DNA from: Octopus vulgaris | Lineage: Eukaryota | NCBI GenBank assembly: GCA_951406725.2 | Contig: OX597814.1 | Span: 141,360,001 to 141,424,000, forward strand | DNA length: 64,000 nt | Reading direction: 5' to 3' | Shown: piece after piece, positions 25,251-38,206 of the stretch | Layout of the letters: each line of letters starts with the position of its first letter | Numbering within the stretch: position 1 is the stretch's first letter | Notes under the pieces: model-generated | Seen by the model: the letters and a program-made list of their open reading frames with translations, nothing else | What the model was told of the DNA's origin: nothing | The model's database searches: none | Program-made: the position numbers and the translations under genes

Positions 25251-28200
25251 ACGACGTCGTCGACGACGACGACTATCCCTTTAACATAATTAATTAACTT
25301 TTCTTTAATTATATTTTTTCAATTATTTCCTTTTCAAATACATTTTCTGTGGCTACATCATTTATTTTTCTATGTAACACCTGTGGTCTGTCCGGATCTT
25401 ACTTTAATATCAATATTCCCAACAAAATTTTCTCCTTCTTAATTTGATAGTACAACTACTATACATCTAATTTCTTTTGGCAATAATTGGTATAATACAT
25501 ACACATTTTCTTAATTGGAAATCATCATGTATAAGATATTTTTTAAAAAACAAAATCACATGCGCATTTTTACTTTCCTTGTATAATTTGTACATGTTAT
25601 CACGATTCCGCGCACGATTAAGAGGTAATCAATAATCTACCTATTATATTGGATTCTAGATGGATTTTTACTACCTCGCTTTATGCACCTATACATTAAT
25701 ACATACATTTTCCAATAAATACATTGTGTAATATCGTTTATGAAATGTTATTTATACATCGAGCCCTATAGACCCAATTTTTGCTGATATACGTTTTATT
25801 AAATTGCGTAATGTTTGGATCGCTTAGCGCCGAGCCTAACACAACAAACCATAAACTTTTTCTATCAAAACATAATTTTATCTGTTCAACAATATAGCTA
25901 GTGGAATTTTTAACACATCTCTTTAAATTGATCTAAGGTCCTTTGGTTCTTTAAATCGAAATAATAAAACCAGCCATAGTTCAGATCTAATCTCATATAT
26001 TTTTCAGTTCTTGTTAAAGTTATGTGTACATATTCGAGCATAATTTGGATGGACGTAAAGAGAATGGTTTCCAAAGAAAATATTTTCCCATGTTTTCTAG
26101 TATGTTAACTAAACAAATTTTTATCATATTTCTGATTTATTTTTAGAGGCTATTTTCTAAATTATAAAAATAGGAACAAAATTAAGTTTTTCTCTTAAAT
26201 TGCTTAACGCTCTTGTTATTTGCATCATACACAGTTAACTTTATTTTAAATAGATGAAAGATATCCATTACATTGGTCTGCAACGCCTTTGATTTTTAAA
26301 GGTTTTTAGGCTAATTTTATGGCGCTGATTCTAAATACGATATCAGTTTTGTTTCTCACAGCAGCACCATTTTGGGTGCTTAGTGATTATAAGCAACTAA
26401 GCACCCAAATGTTAGTGATGCAAAATTATACATTTTTTGGTGCCATAGGAAAAATAAACCAATGGAAATGGCATCTACAAGGTAAAAGTCAAGTTAATAT
26501 CTCACAAGGCCTCGATGACATAACGAACTAGTTGCTTTATTACAGTGAAAAACACAGAAAACACAGCTGAAAAGTAATAAATAGGTTAATAATAAAGAGG
26601 GATAATGAATCATGCCAGAAACGTTTTCCTGATTTCCTTCTTAAAACAGAAAAGTATTTGGTATAGGTTCTTAAGATAAAGTATTGCTGTGAAAGGTTAT
26701 AAAGCAGGTAAGCACTTTCGGAAAATAGCATGCAAACTTTGAATAGTTATAGGAGTTGGAGAACTGTTTGATATATATATCTTTCTCAGGCAGTTTTCCC
26801 ATTTTAATTTATCGAGTAAGGTTGTAATGCATGCGCCTTCTTATAAAGAATAGCATGTGAACCTTGTAAGGCTATGGGATTGGGAGGACAGTTTCAGATG
26901 CATCAAGTTTTCCAAGCTGCTTTGTATACATTTATAATCAAGATGGCTGCTGACATAAGCTTCCCTATTTATTTCAGTATTAGTTGACTGTATCTTCACG
27001 TACTCTGGCCAGACAAAAATAGGCATTATACTGCTTTTCTGGGTTGTCACTCATTCTCTAAATTGTAAGGATTCAAGACACACCATAAGCATTTTACTCA
27101 GTCTGCTGAGTAAATACAAAGTAACGTATCAAAAATGAAAATGGAATGAGTTTTTCTGTGCTGCAGTTTTGGAGAGAATCAACAAACCATAATCAAGAAT
27201 TCTATTTTTCTATGATTTAATCTAGTATCTAGACATATGTCTAGATACTAGATTAAATATGATTTGGTCAACAATATAGTTACAATAAACTTCCCTGTCT
27301 TTTAAAAAATATTTCTGAGAGAGCAGAGTTAAAAGAGATACAAATAAAAAAATATTAAAGAATAATAAAAATATTAAAAATATTAATATATATACAAAAT
27401 ATTAGAAAACAATAAAAAAAAAAGAAAGAAACATATCAGAAAGTTCTCCAATCGTAGTATGATAGGAGCAGCCCGTAAGTGTAGGATTGAAAATATGTGC
27501 ATACGAGGAATAAGAACATGGCATATAGAGTGTAATGATAGAAAATATAGGATATAAAGGATTAAAATGATTATTAGCAGATGGAAGGTCCAACTGGTGG
27601 CGTACAGACATACCCCCACCATTCATCCTAGATCGTTACTAGCACTAATTTAATTTTAATAAGCTGTGGGCTGTTGTGGAGGAGTATCAATGTCAAGGAC
27701 CGATACTGAATTTTAAGATATTAGAATGTAAGTTACACTAACAAAAAATCTTGGCTTAGAAAACTTTACCAAAAGTACTATTGTATTTGTATGGGGAAGT
27801 AATTAAGATCTCATTTATCTAAATTATTCTGTAAGTTATGATTTCAGGCGCTTCAAGTGAGAGTAAATTGCGCTGACTCCCGCTACCCATGTTGGTAAAA
27901 GCGGTTCTTGTCCCAGACCAAAAAATTCCGTATGCGAGTTGCCATTTTAAAAGTCCCATATATTTCAGCCAAGGATGTAGATCTGCACATACTTGAGTTC
28001 TTGGATGAGTGGACACATTTATAAAATAACCATATAATATAGTAACATGTTAAAATAATAATTTATTTTATTTATGCATTCGCTCATTCCAAGCAACTCT
28101 TTGGGATTTTTCCTTTTTCATATTTGCACTTTTACCTTTTTACCTTTTATTCATTTTCTTCTTTCACCCTCTTTTCGTCGACCACTGTATATAAGGATTT

Positions 28201-28482
28201 CAATATATGGTGTCAAGGATCACCGATATCGTTTAATTTTCTGACTATACTGTGTTACTCAACTTTCACACGCTCTATTAGAATACATATCATACAACTA
28301 AATCGTCTACTTCAATTTTATAATTATCATCACAGCATCCCTCAGTGGCTTGCCCTACAAATTTATTGCCTGTAACTTTTGACTTTGAACCTATTCGTAC
28401 CAAACACCCTTATATGGCAGCTTACCGTATTCTCACCCTAGAATTTCGTTTCTTTTTCTCATCATCATTATTAGTACTGCTG

Positions 28483-28528
<46 letters not shown>

Positions 28529-28645
28529 AACCATCATCATTGTCGTCATCGCTGTCATTGTCATCGTAATCGTCATCATTATCATTGTATTAGTAGTATA
28601 ATTTTTAATAGCTTTATGGTTGTTATTATTATTATTGTTGTTGTT

Positions 28646-28722
<77 letters not shown>

Positions 28723-29003
28723 TAATTTAATCTGTAAATATTGTCAAAAGTATTTTTAAATATACATAGTAGCAAACACATTTTACTGTTATTTTAAGAT
28801 CATTCTATCAACTAATCAAATTTTAAAGCAAACTTCTAACTTTCTTGCTTTGATAGACATTCTCTTGGTAAAAACTGTGTGCAAAGCCAAAAATATGGCA
28901 CCCTAGCCATAACACAAACTTGAACTTCTAACTTGTTGTTTCTTGAGGTCTTCGGGGTGAGACTTGGAATCAACTTGTACAAATACAAAACAAAAGCCAA
29001 ACA

Positions 29004-29061
<58 letters not shown>

Positions 29062-29634
29062 GTAGTAGTAGTAGAAATTGTTCTGATTTGTCTCTATATA
29101 AAAAAGGCCAACTGTATGTCTCAAATACTGCGCAGAGAGTCACGAGTTGATGCTTGTTTAATGAGGTGCCACTCCAGCTTATTCAACCACGCATGTTGTG
29201 TAATCTTTCACACGGAACCTTTCACATATGATGTATCAGAAACGGAGTGGTACAAAAACAATTATAGCGAACATCAAAGCTGTACTGTATAATTACAACA
29301 ACTAATTTACAAACGAGCAAATTTCCCATACGCTAAATTTCTGAAATTTGAAATGCATTTATTTCTAACGTGATACACAAATTCGTAGACCAGAAACTCT
29401 CCTGGTGCGCCGCCATCCTCAATATAGACAAGCTACTGATATAAATTGCAAAATACTTTTATTCTCAAAGCACAGCTCAATGTTATTACTTATATAAAAC
29501 GTTATTTTTTCAGGCTACATATTAAATTTTATTTAAATTAAAATGTATTATTCAAATCTTCTAGATGTCTATTTTGACAAGGAGGAAAAGAAGTAAATTC
29601 AGCTAAATAATTTATTGAAATTTTTACATCTTTT

Positions 29635-30395
29635 CTTTCTATTATCTTTCTCTTATTTGTTTCAGTCGTTAGATTGATGCCATACTGGGGGCACAGCCTT
29701 GAAAAATTTTATTCCAATGAATCAATCCCAGTACTGTTTTTTAAATTTTTTTAAAGCCTATTACTTATTTTGTGGAGGCGCAATGGCCCAGTGGTTAGGG
29801 CAGCGGACACGCGGTCCGAAGATCGCGGTTTCGATTCCCAGACCGGGCATTGTGTGTGTTTATTGAGCGAAATCACCTAAAGCTCCACGAGGCTCCAGCA
29901 GGGGGTGGTGGTGACCCCTGTTGTACTCTTTCGCCCCAACTTTCTCTCACTCTCTGTTCTTGTTTCTTGAGTAACGCTGCGATGGACTGGCGTCCCGTCC
30001 AGCTGGGGGGAACACATACGCCACAGAAATCGGGAAACTGGGCCCATGAGCCTGGCTAGGCTTGAAAAGGGCGCATATATAAAAAAAATTATTTTATCAG
30101 CTCTTTTGCCGAACCACCAAGTTACGGGGAATAAAACAAACAGCACCAGTTGTCAAGTGGTGGTGGTTGGGAAACAAACATTGATACAAAGACACACACA
30201 TAGACACACGCACACACGCACACATATACACACACACACACGCGCAGTGGGATCCTTTCAGTTTCGATCTACCGAATCCACTCACAAAGTTTTGGTCGGC
30301 TCGAGACTATAGTAGAAAACACTTGGCTAAGGTGCCACACGATAAAACTGAACCCAGAATCATGTGTTTGGAAAACAAACTTCTTACCTCACACT
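29635..30395 (-). mobile_element. SINE family A interrupted by a SINE C insertion
   Basis: Tail at 29635-29770; body resumes at 30090 (ctcttttgccgaacc...aaggtgccacac...cttcttacctcacac). Confidence 0.75.
29774..30078 (+). mobile_element. SINE family C (tRNA-derived head, Meta-like central domain)
   Basis: A box tggcccagtgg, B box gtttcgattcc, central gctgcgatggactggcgtcccgtccag; ttatttt at both sides is a likely TSD. Confidence 0.85.
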
Positions 30396-30454
30396 CAGTT
30401 CTTTCCCAAAATAAACGTTAATAACTGTGATGTATGCGGGAGATTTGAAATAAA

Positions 30455-30710
30455 GACACCTACCTTCTCTTCGTCGACGTAGACCTCTTCGGCGGTAACG
30501 CACCCTTCCACGTCGCCCGACCCGAACGCTAGAAATAACAGCTGCTTTTCCCTTACCTTGACAAAGCGCTCACACGTCCAGCTCTGTCGGCTACCCCGAT
30601 CGAAAAGCCCCAATGCTCCATTGCCTGCGCGCGCGTCACTCCTGTCCCTTCCTCTTCCGGTCAGTCCCAAGTTCCGGTCAGTTCCCCAGCTGCTGACGTC
30701 ATCCCATGAT
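30455..30710 (-). promoter_or_regulatory. CpG-rich promoter-like island with candidate first exon
   Basis: CRE TGACGTCA (30694-30701), two ETS-like ACCGGAA sites (30655-30661, 30672-30678), GCGCGCGC, then minus-strand donors AAG|GTAAGG (30557/30556) and AAG|GTAGGT (30464/30463). Confidence 0.45.
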
Positions 30711-31249
30711 AACGAATTTAAAATCATTTATAAAAATCAGTGTCTTTTAGTCTTAAATTCATAAACTATGAGAATATTGTTCAATTCAATCGCAGGGATA
30801 TAAAGCTTTTCATAATATACCAGAAAAGTTTCGCCCAACTTTCACCTCTTACATATCCCGTATCTCCTTACTTTTACCATATATGGAAAAGGAGGAGGAA
30901 ATATATGAAATATAAGTTCATTTTGGCCATTTCTATTGGGCTTTTGTAATATTCTTTATAGTCAGTGCTATTTCGTCTATTACATTTTAATTGTCCCTTC
31001 GTCGTTCCTACAACATGCTTATATATTATCAATATGTTTCTTGTAATAGAGTCTGAAAAGTCAAACTTGGCTGACATTCCAAAGTTACTGTCGCCTCTGA
31101 GAAACAGCTCTTGGGTGTTTTATGTATTGAATTTTAGATTCAGTTCTACAGGCACGCGCTCCCACCACACATTCATACATATATACAAATATATACATAT
31201 ATTGTGTGTGCGTATACATATGTATGTGTACACACACACAAACACACAC

Positions 31250-31344
<95 letters not shown>

Positions 31345-32179
31345 ATCCAAACAAGAAAACACAACAACGCGAGGACGTGGAACAAGTATAGTATCATTGG
31401 ACGCTACACATCTATAAACTTAAAATATTTCTTCGATATTATTCATAGAGCATTCTCTGTATATCGACAAATCATCGAACGTACAGTTTCCTTTGCGGAA
31501 TAAAAATATTTTTCAAGGTTATTGTTATCTCGTGTTGTTCTATGGTGGCCTATATTAATAAATAAGCTCCTTTTTTTTACTGCAGATTTCTTTTTAAACA
31601 TAAGCTAAGAATAAATGAATGCGAAAAAAAACATATTAACATTTCTGTGAAAAACATTCGTATACTTTTAAATAAAGTCTTAAAATGCTTACATCAATAA
31701 CGGAGAGTTTTAGCGAAAAGATTAGGTAGAAAATTGAATTCTATTTTAGGGAACTTTCCTAATGAAACAACGAAAAACAAATAGGCTTTTACAAAGTTAA
31801 AATATCATCCGTTTAATAACATATTTCAAATATTCCAACATGTTCTATTTTCGGCGATTAAAATATCAAATTCAGAAGAAACATTAATCTTTTCTGGAAA
31901 GAAATTCAGAATAGGATTAAAAAATTAAAACCAAACAATACATTTGCTAATTTTGATTAAAATAAAAAGCGCACAAAGGAAAAAGGGGGAAAAAAAAAGC
32001 ATCACCTATTTCTTTCAAATTCAGTCACTAATCTACCTAACGAACAAGCTGTTCTGTGGTAAAGGGCATAAATAGTAGTACTGCTAAAATATTGCCATTC
32101 AGCTTGACGTAGATGACAGAACCGAAACACTGGACAAAGAAGAATCGTACGTCACATTTAATGATCATGAATTCAACTT

Positions 32180-32480
32180 CACCAAATATCTTTCAACTAG
32201 CATTATTAACCCTTCCCAAACAGATTTAGGTATTGTTAATCTCAAGCTTAAATCACACTTCTTTGAGATGAATTGAATACAGTAATACAATGGTTTCAAG
32301 CTATCCAAAAGACTGGCATTTCTCTCTATTTGATATAAAAGATTACTATACTCAATCACTGAACCTAGTCTTCAGCTGCACTTAACCAACCAAAACCAGC
32401 CACCATTATTAAGAACAAAGACATTGACATTTGTGAAACAAACTAGAAAATCAATTCTTTACTGTAACAACTCTAGAAAA
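32180..32480 (+). pseudogene. Penelope-like reverse transcriptase remnant
   Basis: INPSQTDLG...NTVIQWFQAI...LFDIKDYY/SITEP...KDIDI/KQTRKSILYCNN resembles PLE RT motifs (INPAKS.IG, VI.WF, FDI.xFYPSI, RKSLLF). Confidence 0.65.
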
Positions 32481-32634
32481 TGTTGTCATAGAAACATTAC
32501 AGAAATATTAACTGAATAAATAGTTATTCGTTCAGTTGTTTTTCTTTGTATTTATAATGAATAAAATCAATTATTTATTTATACATCTGTATACATATAT
32601 GTATGTAAATATATATACATATAAATACATACAC

Positions 32635-32667
<33 letters not shown>

Positions 32668-32671
32668 TATA

Positions 32672-32713
<42 letters not shown>

Positions 32714-33044
32714 GTGTGTGTGTGTGTGTATGTGTGTCTGTATGTGTGTGTGTGTGTGTGTGTGTGAGTGTATAAATACTGATATACATATATACATATA
32801 TATACTTATACACACACACGCACATATACATACATACATACATACATACATACATTCATACATATGATTAAAAACATGATTTGCAATCTATTTCAGTATT
32901 ATTTTAAAAAAAAATTTGGCTTTAAAACAATTTTTTAAAACACTTTCCATGTGAAGTGTGTCTGTTAATTTTTTCTTTGATCTTCGCTGAAATAAACACA
33001 GCAAGATCTCAATACCTTGACACTATTTATGCATGGCAACGGAA

Positions 33045-34103
33045 TAATATTTGTTTCTAATTTAAGTACAACGACGGCAATTTCGAGAGAAAATGGAGGG
33101 AAGTTAGTTGATACCATTTACCCTAGTATTTGACTGCTACTTTATTTTATCCACCCCGAAAAGAAGAAAGGCAAAATTTACTTTGGTGGGATTTAACCTC
33201 AAAATGTAAAGAGAAGGAAGAAATACCGCAGTGTATTTTTCTAAGGCTCTAACGAGTCTGCCATTTCATACTGCTTGGCGACAGAATAATACCTGCTTCT
33301 GATTTAGGCATTCGACAAGCAAATTTGAGGCGAGGAACTTTGTCGATAACATCAACTCCGGCTCTTGACTGGTACATATTTTATAATCTGAACTGCAGGA
33401 TTTGAATTCAGAATGTAAAGGGCCGAAATAAAAACCGCAAATCATTTTTACCGAAGCTCTGATCATTCTACTAGTAAAATAAGTATTTCTAGTTTAGGCA
33501 TAAGACCAGCAAATTTTGAAGGAAGGTTAGCGGTCGATTCCATCACCATCAATAAATTGCTGCTACTTTATTTTATTGATCCCCTCAGGGATGAAAGGCA
33601 AAGTTGACCACGGCGGGATTTGGACATAGGACGTAAAGTGATGAAGCGAATGCCGCAAAATACATAGTTCTTGGTAACAGAATAATAATCCTTTCTACTA
33701 TAGACACAAGGCTTGACATTTTTGGTGGGAGGGGACTAGTGTATTACATCGATCCCAGTTTCCCTGGTACTTAATTTATTGACCCAGAAAGGATGAATGC
33801 CAAAATAGACCTTGGTGGAATTTGAACTCATAACGTAGCGGCAGACGAAATACCTATTTCTTTTACTACCCACAAGGGGATAAACACAGAGAAGACAAAC
33901 AAGGACAGACAAACAAGGACAGACAAACGGATTAAGTCGATTATATCGACTCCAGTACGTAACTGGTACTTATTTAATCGACCCCGAAAGGATGAAAGGC
34001 AAAGTCGACCTCAGCGGAATTTGAACTCAGAACATAACGGCAGACGAAATACGGCTACGCATTTCGTTCGGCGTGCTAACGTTTCTACCAGCTCGCCGTC
34101 TTA

Positions 34104-34181
<78 letters not shown>

Positions 34182-34350
34182 CCTTTCTACTCTAGTTACA
34201 AAGCCCAAAATTTTTGGGGAGGAGGCCAGTCGATTAGATCGACCCCAGTACACAACTGGTACTTAATTTATCGACCCCGAAAGAATGAAAGGCAAATTAC
34301 CGCTAAGCATTTCGCTCGGCGTGCTAACGTTTCTGGCAGCTTGCCGCCTT
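33045..34350 (-). mobile_element. Cluster of about six co-oriented SINE B copies of different ages
   Basis: Repeated ccccgaaag.atgaaaggcaaag..gacc / ggaatttgaactcag blocks near 33150, 33400, 33580, 33780, 33980 and 34275. Confidence 0.8.
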
Positions 34351-34361
34351 AAGTAATAATA

Positions 34362-34419
<58 letters not shown>

Positions 34420-34574
34420 GTCCATCTCGATAAATTTACGTCATCTACAAAAACCCATTTATTTTAATTTTTATAGTTTTTTTTTGTATACAGAAGAGGA
34501 AACAGCCTAGTTTAACAAATAAACAAGAGGGATCTTAGAGACTTATTGTCTGAAAGGAGACAAGAGAGCTTCGT

Positions 34575-35112
34575 CATTCCTCATATTGGTTTCAAATTTT
34601 GTTACAAGGCCAGTAATTTCGGGGAGAGATCAAGTCGATTACCTCGACATCAGGCCTCAGCTAGTACTTATTCCATTGACCCCGAGAGGACGAAAGGTAA
34701 AGTCGACCTTGGTGGAATTTGAACTCAGAGCATCAAGACCAGTGGTTTTCAACCGGGGTTCATATGATCCCTGAGGGTCCATATAAGATTTTGGGGGATC
34801 CATGCAACAAAATTATAAATTGGGGATCCACAATAATATTTTAAGGGTCCCTGAAAGTGTTTTGCTTTAAATGTATGTATAGGTATGTATTGTAAGAAAC
34901 AACTAGGTTTCTTTCTCTAACATTTTAGTTAGTTCAACCTACATTAGTAGTTTTTAAACATTGAATGGCTATGGAGGGGGCGGGGCACCAGAATAAAGTA
35001 GTAATCAAAAGGGTCTCTAGATGAAAAATGGTCGACAATTCCTGATCAAGACGAAAGAAATGCCGCTAAGCATTTTGCCCGGCCTGATATCGGTTCAACC
35101 AGCTCGCCTCCT
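34575..35112 (-). mobile_element. SINE family B split by a hAT MITE
   Basis: Body to gaactcagagc at 34731; head resumes at 35053 (gaaagaaatgccgctaagcatttt...ccagctcgcctcc). Confidence 0.8.
34740..35044. mobile_element. hAT-superfamily MITE with 8-bp TSD
   Basis: TIRs cagtggttttcaacc / ggtcgacaattcctg; perfect TSD atcaagac at 34732-34739 and 35045-35052. Confidence 0.88.
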
Positions 35113-35287
35113 TACGACATCATTCACATTGGGAGGATACCTGTGAGGGTAAGAAGTAAGATTTATTATCACACACACACACACACACACAAACACACGC
35201 GTACACACACACATATAAGACGGTGCTCCAGCATAGCAGCAGTCTAATGACTGAAACAAGTAAAAAAGATTTTAAAAATTATATACG

Positions 35288-35448
35288 TAGCAGGAGTGGC
35301 TGTGTGGTAAGTAGCTTGCTTACCAACCACATGGTTCCAGGTTCAGTCCCATTGCGTGGCACCTTGGGCAAGCGTCTTCTACTATAGCCTAGGGCCGACC
35401 AAAGCCTTGTGAGTGGATTTGGTAGACTGAAACTGAAAGAAGCACGTC

Positions 35449-35450
<2 letters not shown>
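35288..35450 (+). mobile_element. SINE family A, 5' half
   Basis: gcaggagtggctgtgtggtaagtagcttgcttaccaaccacatggttccagg...gaaagaagcacgtcg. Confidence 0.85.
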
Positions 35451-35533
<83 letters not shown>

Positions 35534-35644
35534 ACACACGCATGCACACACATATATATATATACATTGACCGCTAAATCGACAAGTTTTTTTTATTCTC
35601 TCGCTTTTATTTCCTCGTGTTACTTTCTGTTGAAAAACGTAGGC

Positions 35645-36062
35645 ATTGAGTGTTATACAAATGCCAGAACTGGCCACCATTGCATTGTACCAAAGGTACC
35701 GTCCACTCCATCTAAATTCAGGACTAGGTATTGCAATAGTCTAGGGTTCAAAGGTTCACAGCTTTTCAATGCCCTGCCACAAAAATTAAGAAATATGCAT
35801 AAGGTGGAAGTAGATGTCTTCAAAAAGGAACTAGACACCCTCCTCTCCGCAATACCGGATGAACCAACAGCCCGACAAGAGGTACAAATGAGGGCTGCGG
35901 AATAAAACTCAATTATACATCAAATGTACCAACAGCTGGGTAAAAGGTACATACAAGAGTTGGGATGTGAAACATCCAGACTGCGGAAGTCGGAAAGACC
36001 ATGGTGGTGTTCCAGCGTGACCACAGCTGCATGGCTGAAACGACTAAAAGAGTAAAAAGAGT
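35645..36062 (+). mobile_element. CR1-like LINE 3' end
   Basis: RTGHHCIVPKV...YCNSLGFKGSQLFNALPQKLRN...FKKELDTLLSAIPDEP; tail ggtggtgttccagcgtgaccacagctgcatggctgaaac then taaaagagtaaaaagagt. Confidence 0.85.
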
Positions 36063-36069
36063 ATATATA

Positions 36070-36260
36070 TGTAGTTGAAATTTACAGAAAAAGCAAAAAG
36101 CGAAGACACGTGTATAAACAACAAGCAGGTGTATTAGTTTGACGCTCGGGAAGATGAGAAAGTTTTTTACGTTTCGAGCCTACGCTCTTCAACAGAAAGG
36201 AACACGAGGAAAATAAACGAGAGAATAAAAGAAAACTTGTGGGTTTAGCGGTCAATGTAT
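36070..36260 (-). mobile_element. Penelope-like terminal-repeat fragment with degenerate hammerhead
   Basis: Minus strand ctgttgaa-gagc(gtag)gctc-GAAA-cg-TA; inverted partial copy at 35562-35644. Confidence 0.55.
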
Positions 36261-36262
36261 AT

Positions 36263-36421
36263 GCAGGAGTGGCTGTGTGGTAAGTAGCTTGCTAACCAAC
36301 CACATGGTTCCGGGTTCAGTCCCACTGCGTGGCATCTTGGGCAAGTGTCTTCTGCTATAGCCCCGGGCCGACCAATGCCTTGTGAGTGGATTTGGTAGAC
36401 GGAAACTGAAAGAAGCCTGTC

Positions 36422-36481
<60 letters not shown>

Positions 36482-36683
36482 CTGTGTTTGTCCCCCTAGC
36501 ATTGCTTGACAACCGATGCTGGTGTGTTTACGTCCCCGTTACTTAGCGGTTCGGCAAAAGAGAGACCGATAGAATAAGTACTGGGCTTACAAAGAATAAG
36601 TCCCGGGGTCGATTTGCTCTTCTAAAGGCGGTGCTCCAGCATGGCCGCAGTCAAATGACTGAAACAAGTAAAAGAGTAAAAGA

Positions 36684-36685
<2 letters not shown>
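36263..36685 (+). mobile_element. SINE family A, young near-full-length copy
   Basis: Head, core, internal (TA)n(TG)n and tail ggcggtgctccagcatggccgcagtcaaatgactgaaacaagtaaaagagtaaaagagt. Confidence 0.9.
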
Positions 36686-36717
<32 letters not shown>

Positions 36718-36718
<1 letters not shown>

Positions 36719-36952
36719 TATATGTTTGTGTGTCGGCGTTTGTCTCCCCACCATCGCTTGACAACCGATATATGTGTGTGTGTGTGTGTGTGTATGTTTA
36801 CGTGGCTGTGTTTGTCCTTGACAACCGATGTTGCTGTGTTTTCGTACCTGTAACTTAGCGGTTACAAACAATAAATCCTGGGGTCGATTTGTTCGACTAA
36901 AGGCGGTGCTCCAGCATGGCCGCAGTCAAATGACTGAAACAAATAAAAGAAA
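36718..36952 (+). mobile_element. SINE family A, 3' half with internal duplication
   Basis: cttgacaaccgat occurs twice; complete tail. Confidence 0.8.
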
Positions 36953-37018
36953 ACATAACAATCTTAAATACACATATATACACGCGCGCATGCGTACTCA
37001 CACACATTTGTGGGGTGG

Positions 37019-37148
37019 GAAAATGAATAGAAATGGCTTTTCTGATAGATTTTCCACTTAACCAATTAAATGGCTATAAATTAAGTATTTATAAATCTAA
37101 TTATTAAAGTGGAAAAATTATCAGGAAAGCCATTTCTATTCATTTTTT
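37019..37148. repeat. ~130-bp foldback palindrome (MITE-like)
   Basis: aaaatgaatagaaatggcttttctgatagattttccactt vs aagtggaaaaattatcaggaaagccatttctattcatttt. Confidence 0.8.
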
Positions 37149-37157
37149 TCAAATATA

Positions 37158-37705
37158 TTGGGGTTGTCCAGAAAGTTCGTGCCGATTTATTGCAGCTTAC
37201 CTTTCGACTCATTTTCGAAGATGGTTGAGTCCATAAAATAGGATTTGGCTACACCTCCATTTAGAGCATAGTTTAAGCTATCTTTTCGTGGAAGAAGGTT
37301 TATGTTCCTCTAACCTGTGTTAATTCTGTAACCCTTTGAAATGGAAGATAAGAAAGTTCATTTTCAGCACTTGATGCTTTGGGAACCAGAAAAAAATTGC
37401 TGCAGCTCGGCTGGGATGTGTTACCCCACCCTCCATATTCACCAGATATTGCTCCTTCGGATTTCAACTTATTCTTAATGTTAAGAATTTCAATTCCTTG
37501 GATGATGTAAAAAGATACCTTGATGAATTCTTTGCCATGAAACCACCTCAATTCTGGGAAGAGGGTATTTTCAAGTTAAAGGACAGATGAAGACATATTG
37601 TGCAACAAAATGGTTCATATTTGGTTGATTAAAGATGTAATGGCAAGTATTTATTGACCATTTTGTTTCCTTTAAAAATCGGCACGAACTTTCCGGACAA
37701 CCCAA
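37158..37705 (+). mobile_element. Internally deleted mariner (~550 bp)
   Basis: TIRs ttggggttgtccagaaagttcgtgccgattt / aaatcggcacgaactttccggacaacccaa with TA flanks; encodes LLQLGWDVLPHPPYSPDIAPSDFNLF. Confidence 0.92.
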
Positions 37706-37908
37706 TACATTACTATAAAAAGGACTTCGTATTTCTAACTAATGTGTGTGAGTATATTCTTTTATTCTTTCACCTGTTTCATGAGGTCGACTTTGCCTTT
37801 CGTCCTTCCGCGGTCGATAACTTAAGTACCAGTTGCGTACTGGGGTCGACCTTATGGACTGGCCCCATCCCCCAAATTTTCGGGCCTTGTACCTTGAGTA
37901 GAAGAGAT

Positions 37909-38108
37909 TCTTTTACTTGTTTCAGTCATTTGACTTGCTGTCATGCTGAACACTAACTTTAATCGAACAAATCAACCCGAGGACATATTCTTTGTAAGCC
38001 TAGCACCTAATCTATCGGTCTTTTTTGTCGAACCGCTAAGTACCGGAGATATAAACATGCCAGTATCGGTTGTCAAGCGTTGGTGTAGGGACAAACACAG
38101 ACACACAA

Positions 38109-38206
<98 letters not shown>

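Noticed and set aside
29774-29850. tRNA-like sequences at SINE heads
   Set aside because: A and B boxes are present, but there is no acceptor-stem closure or terminator and they run into SINE bodies.
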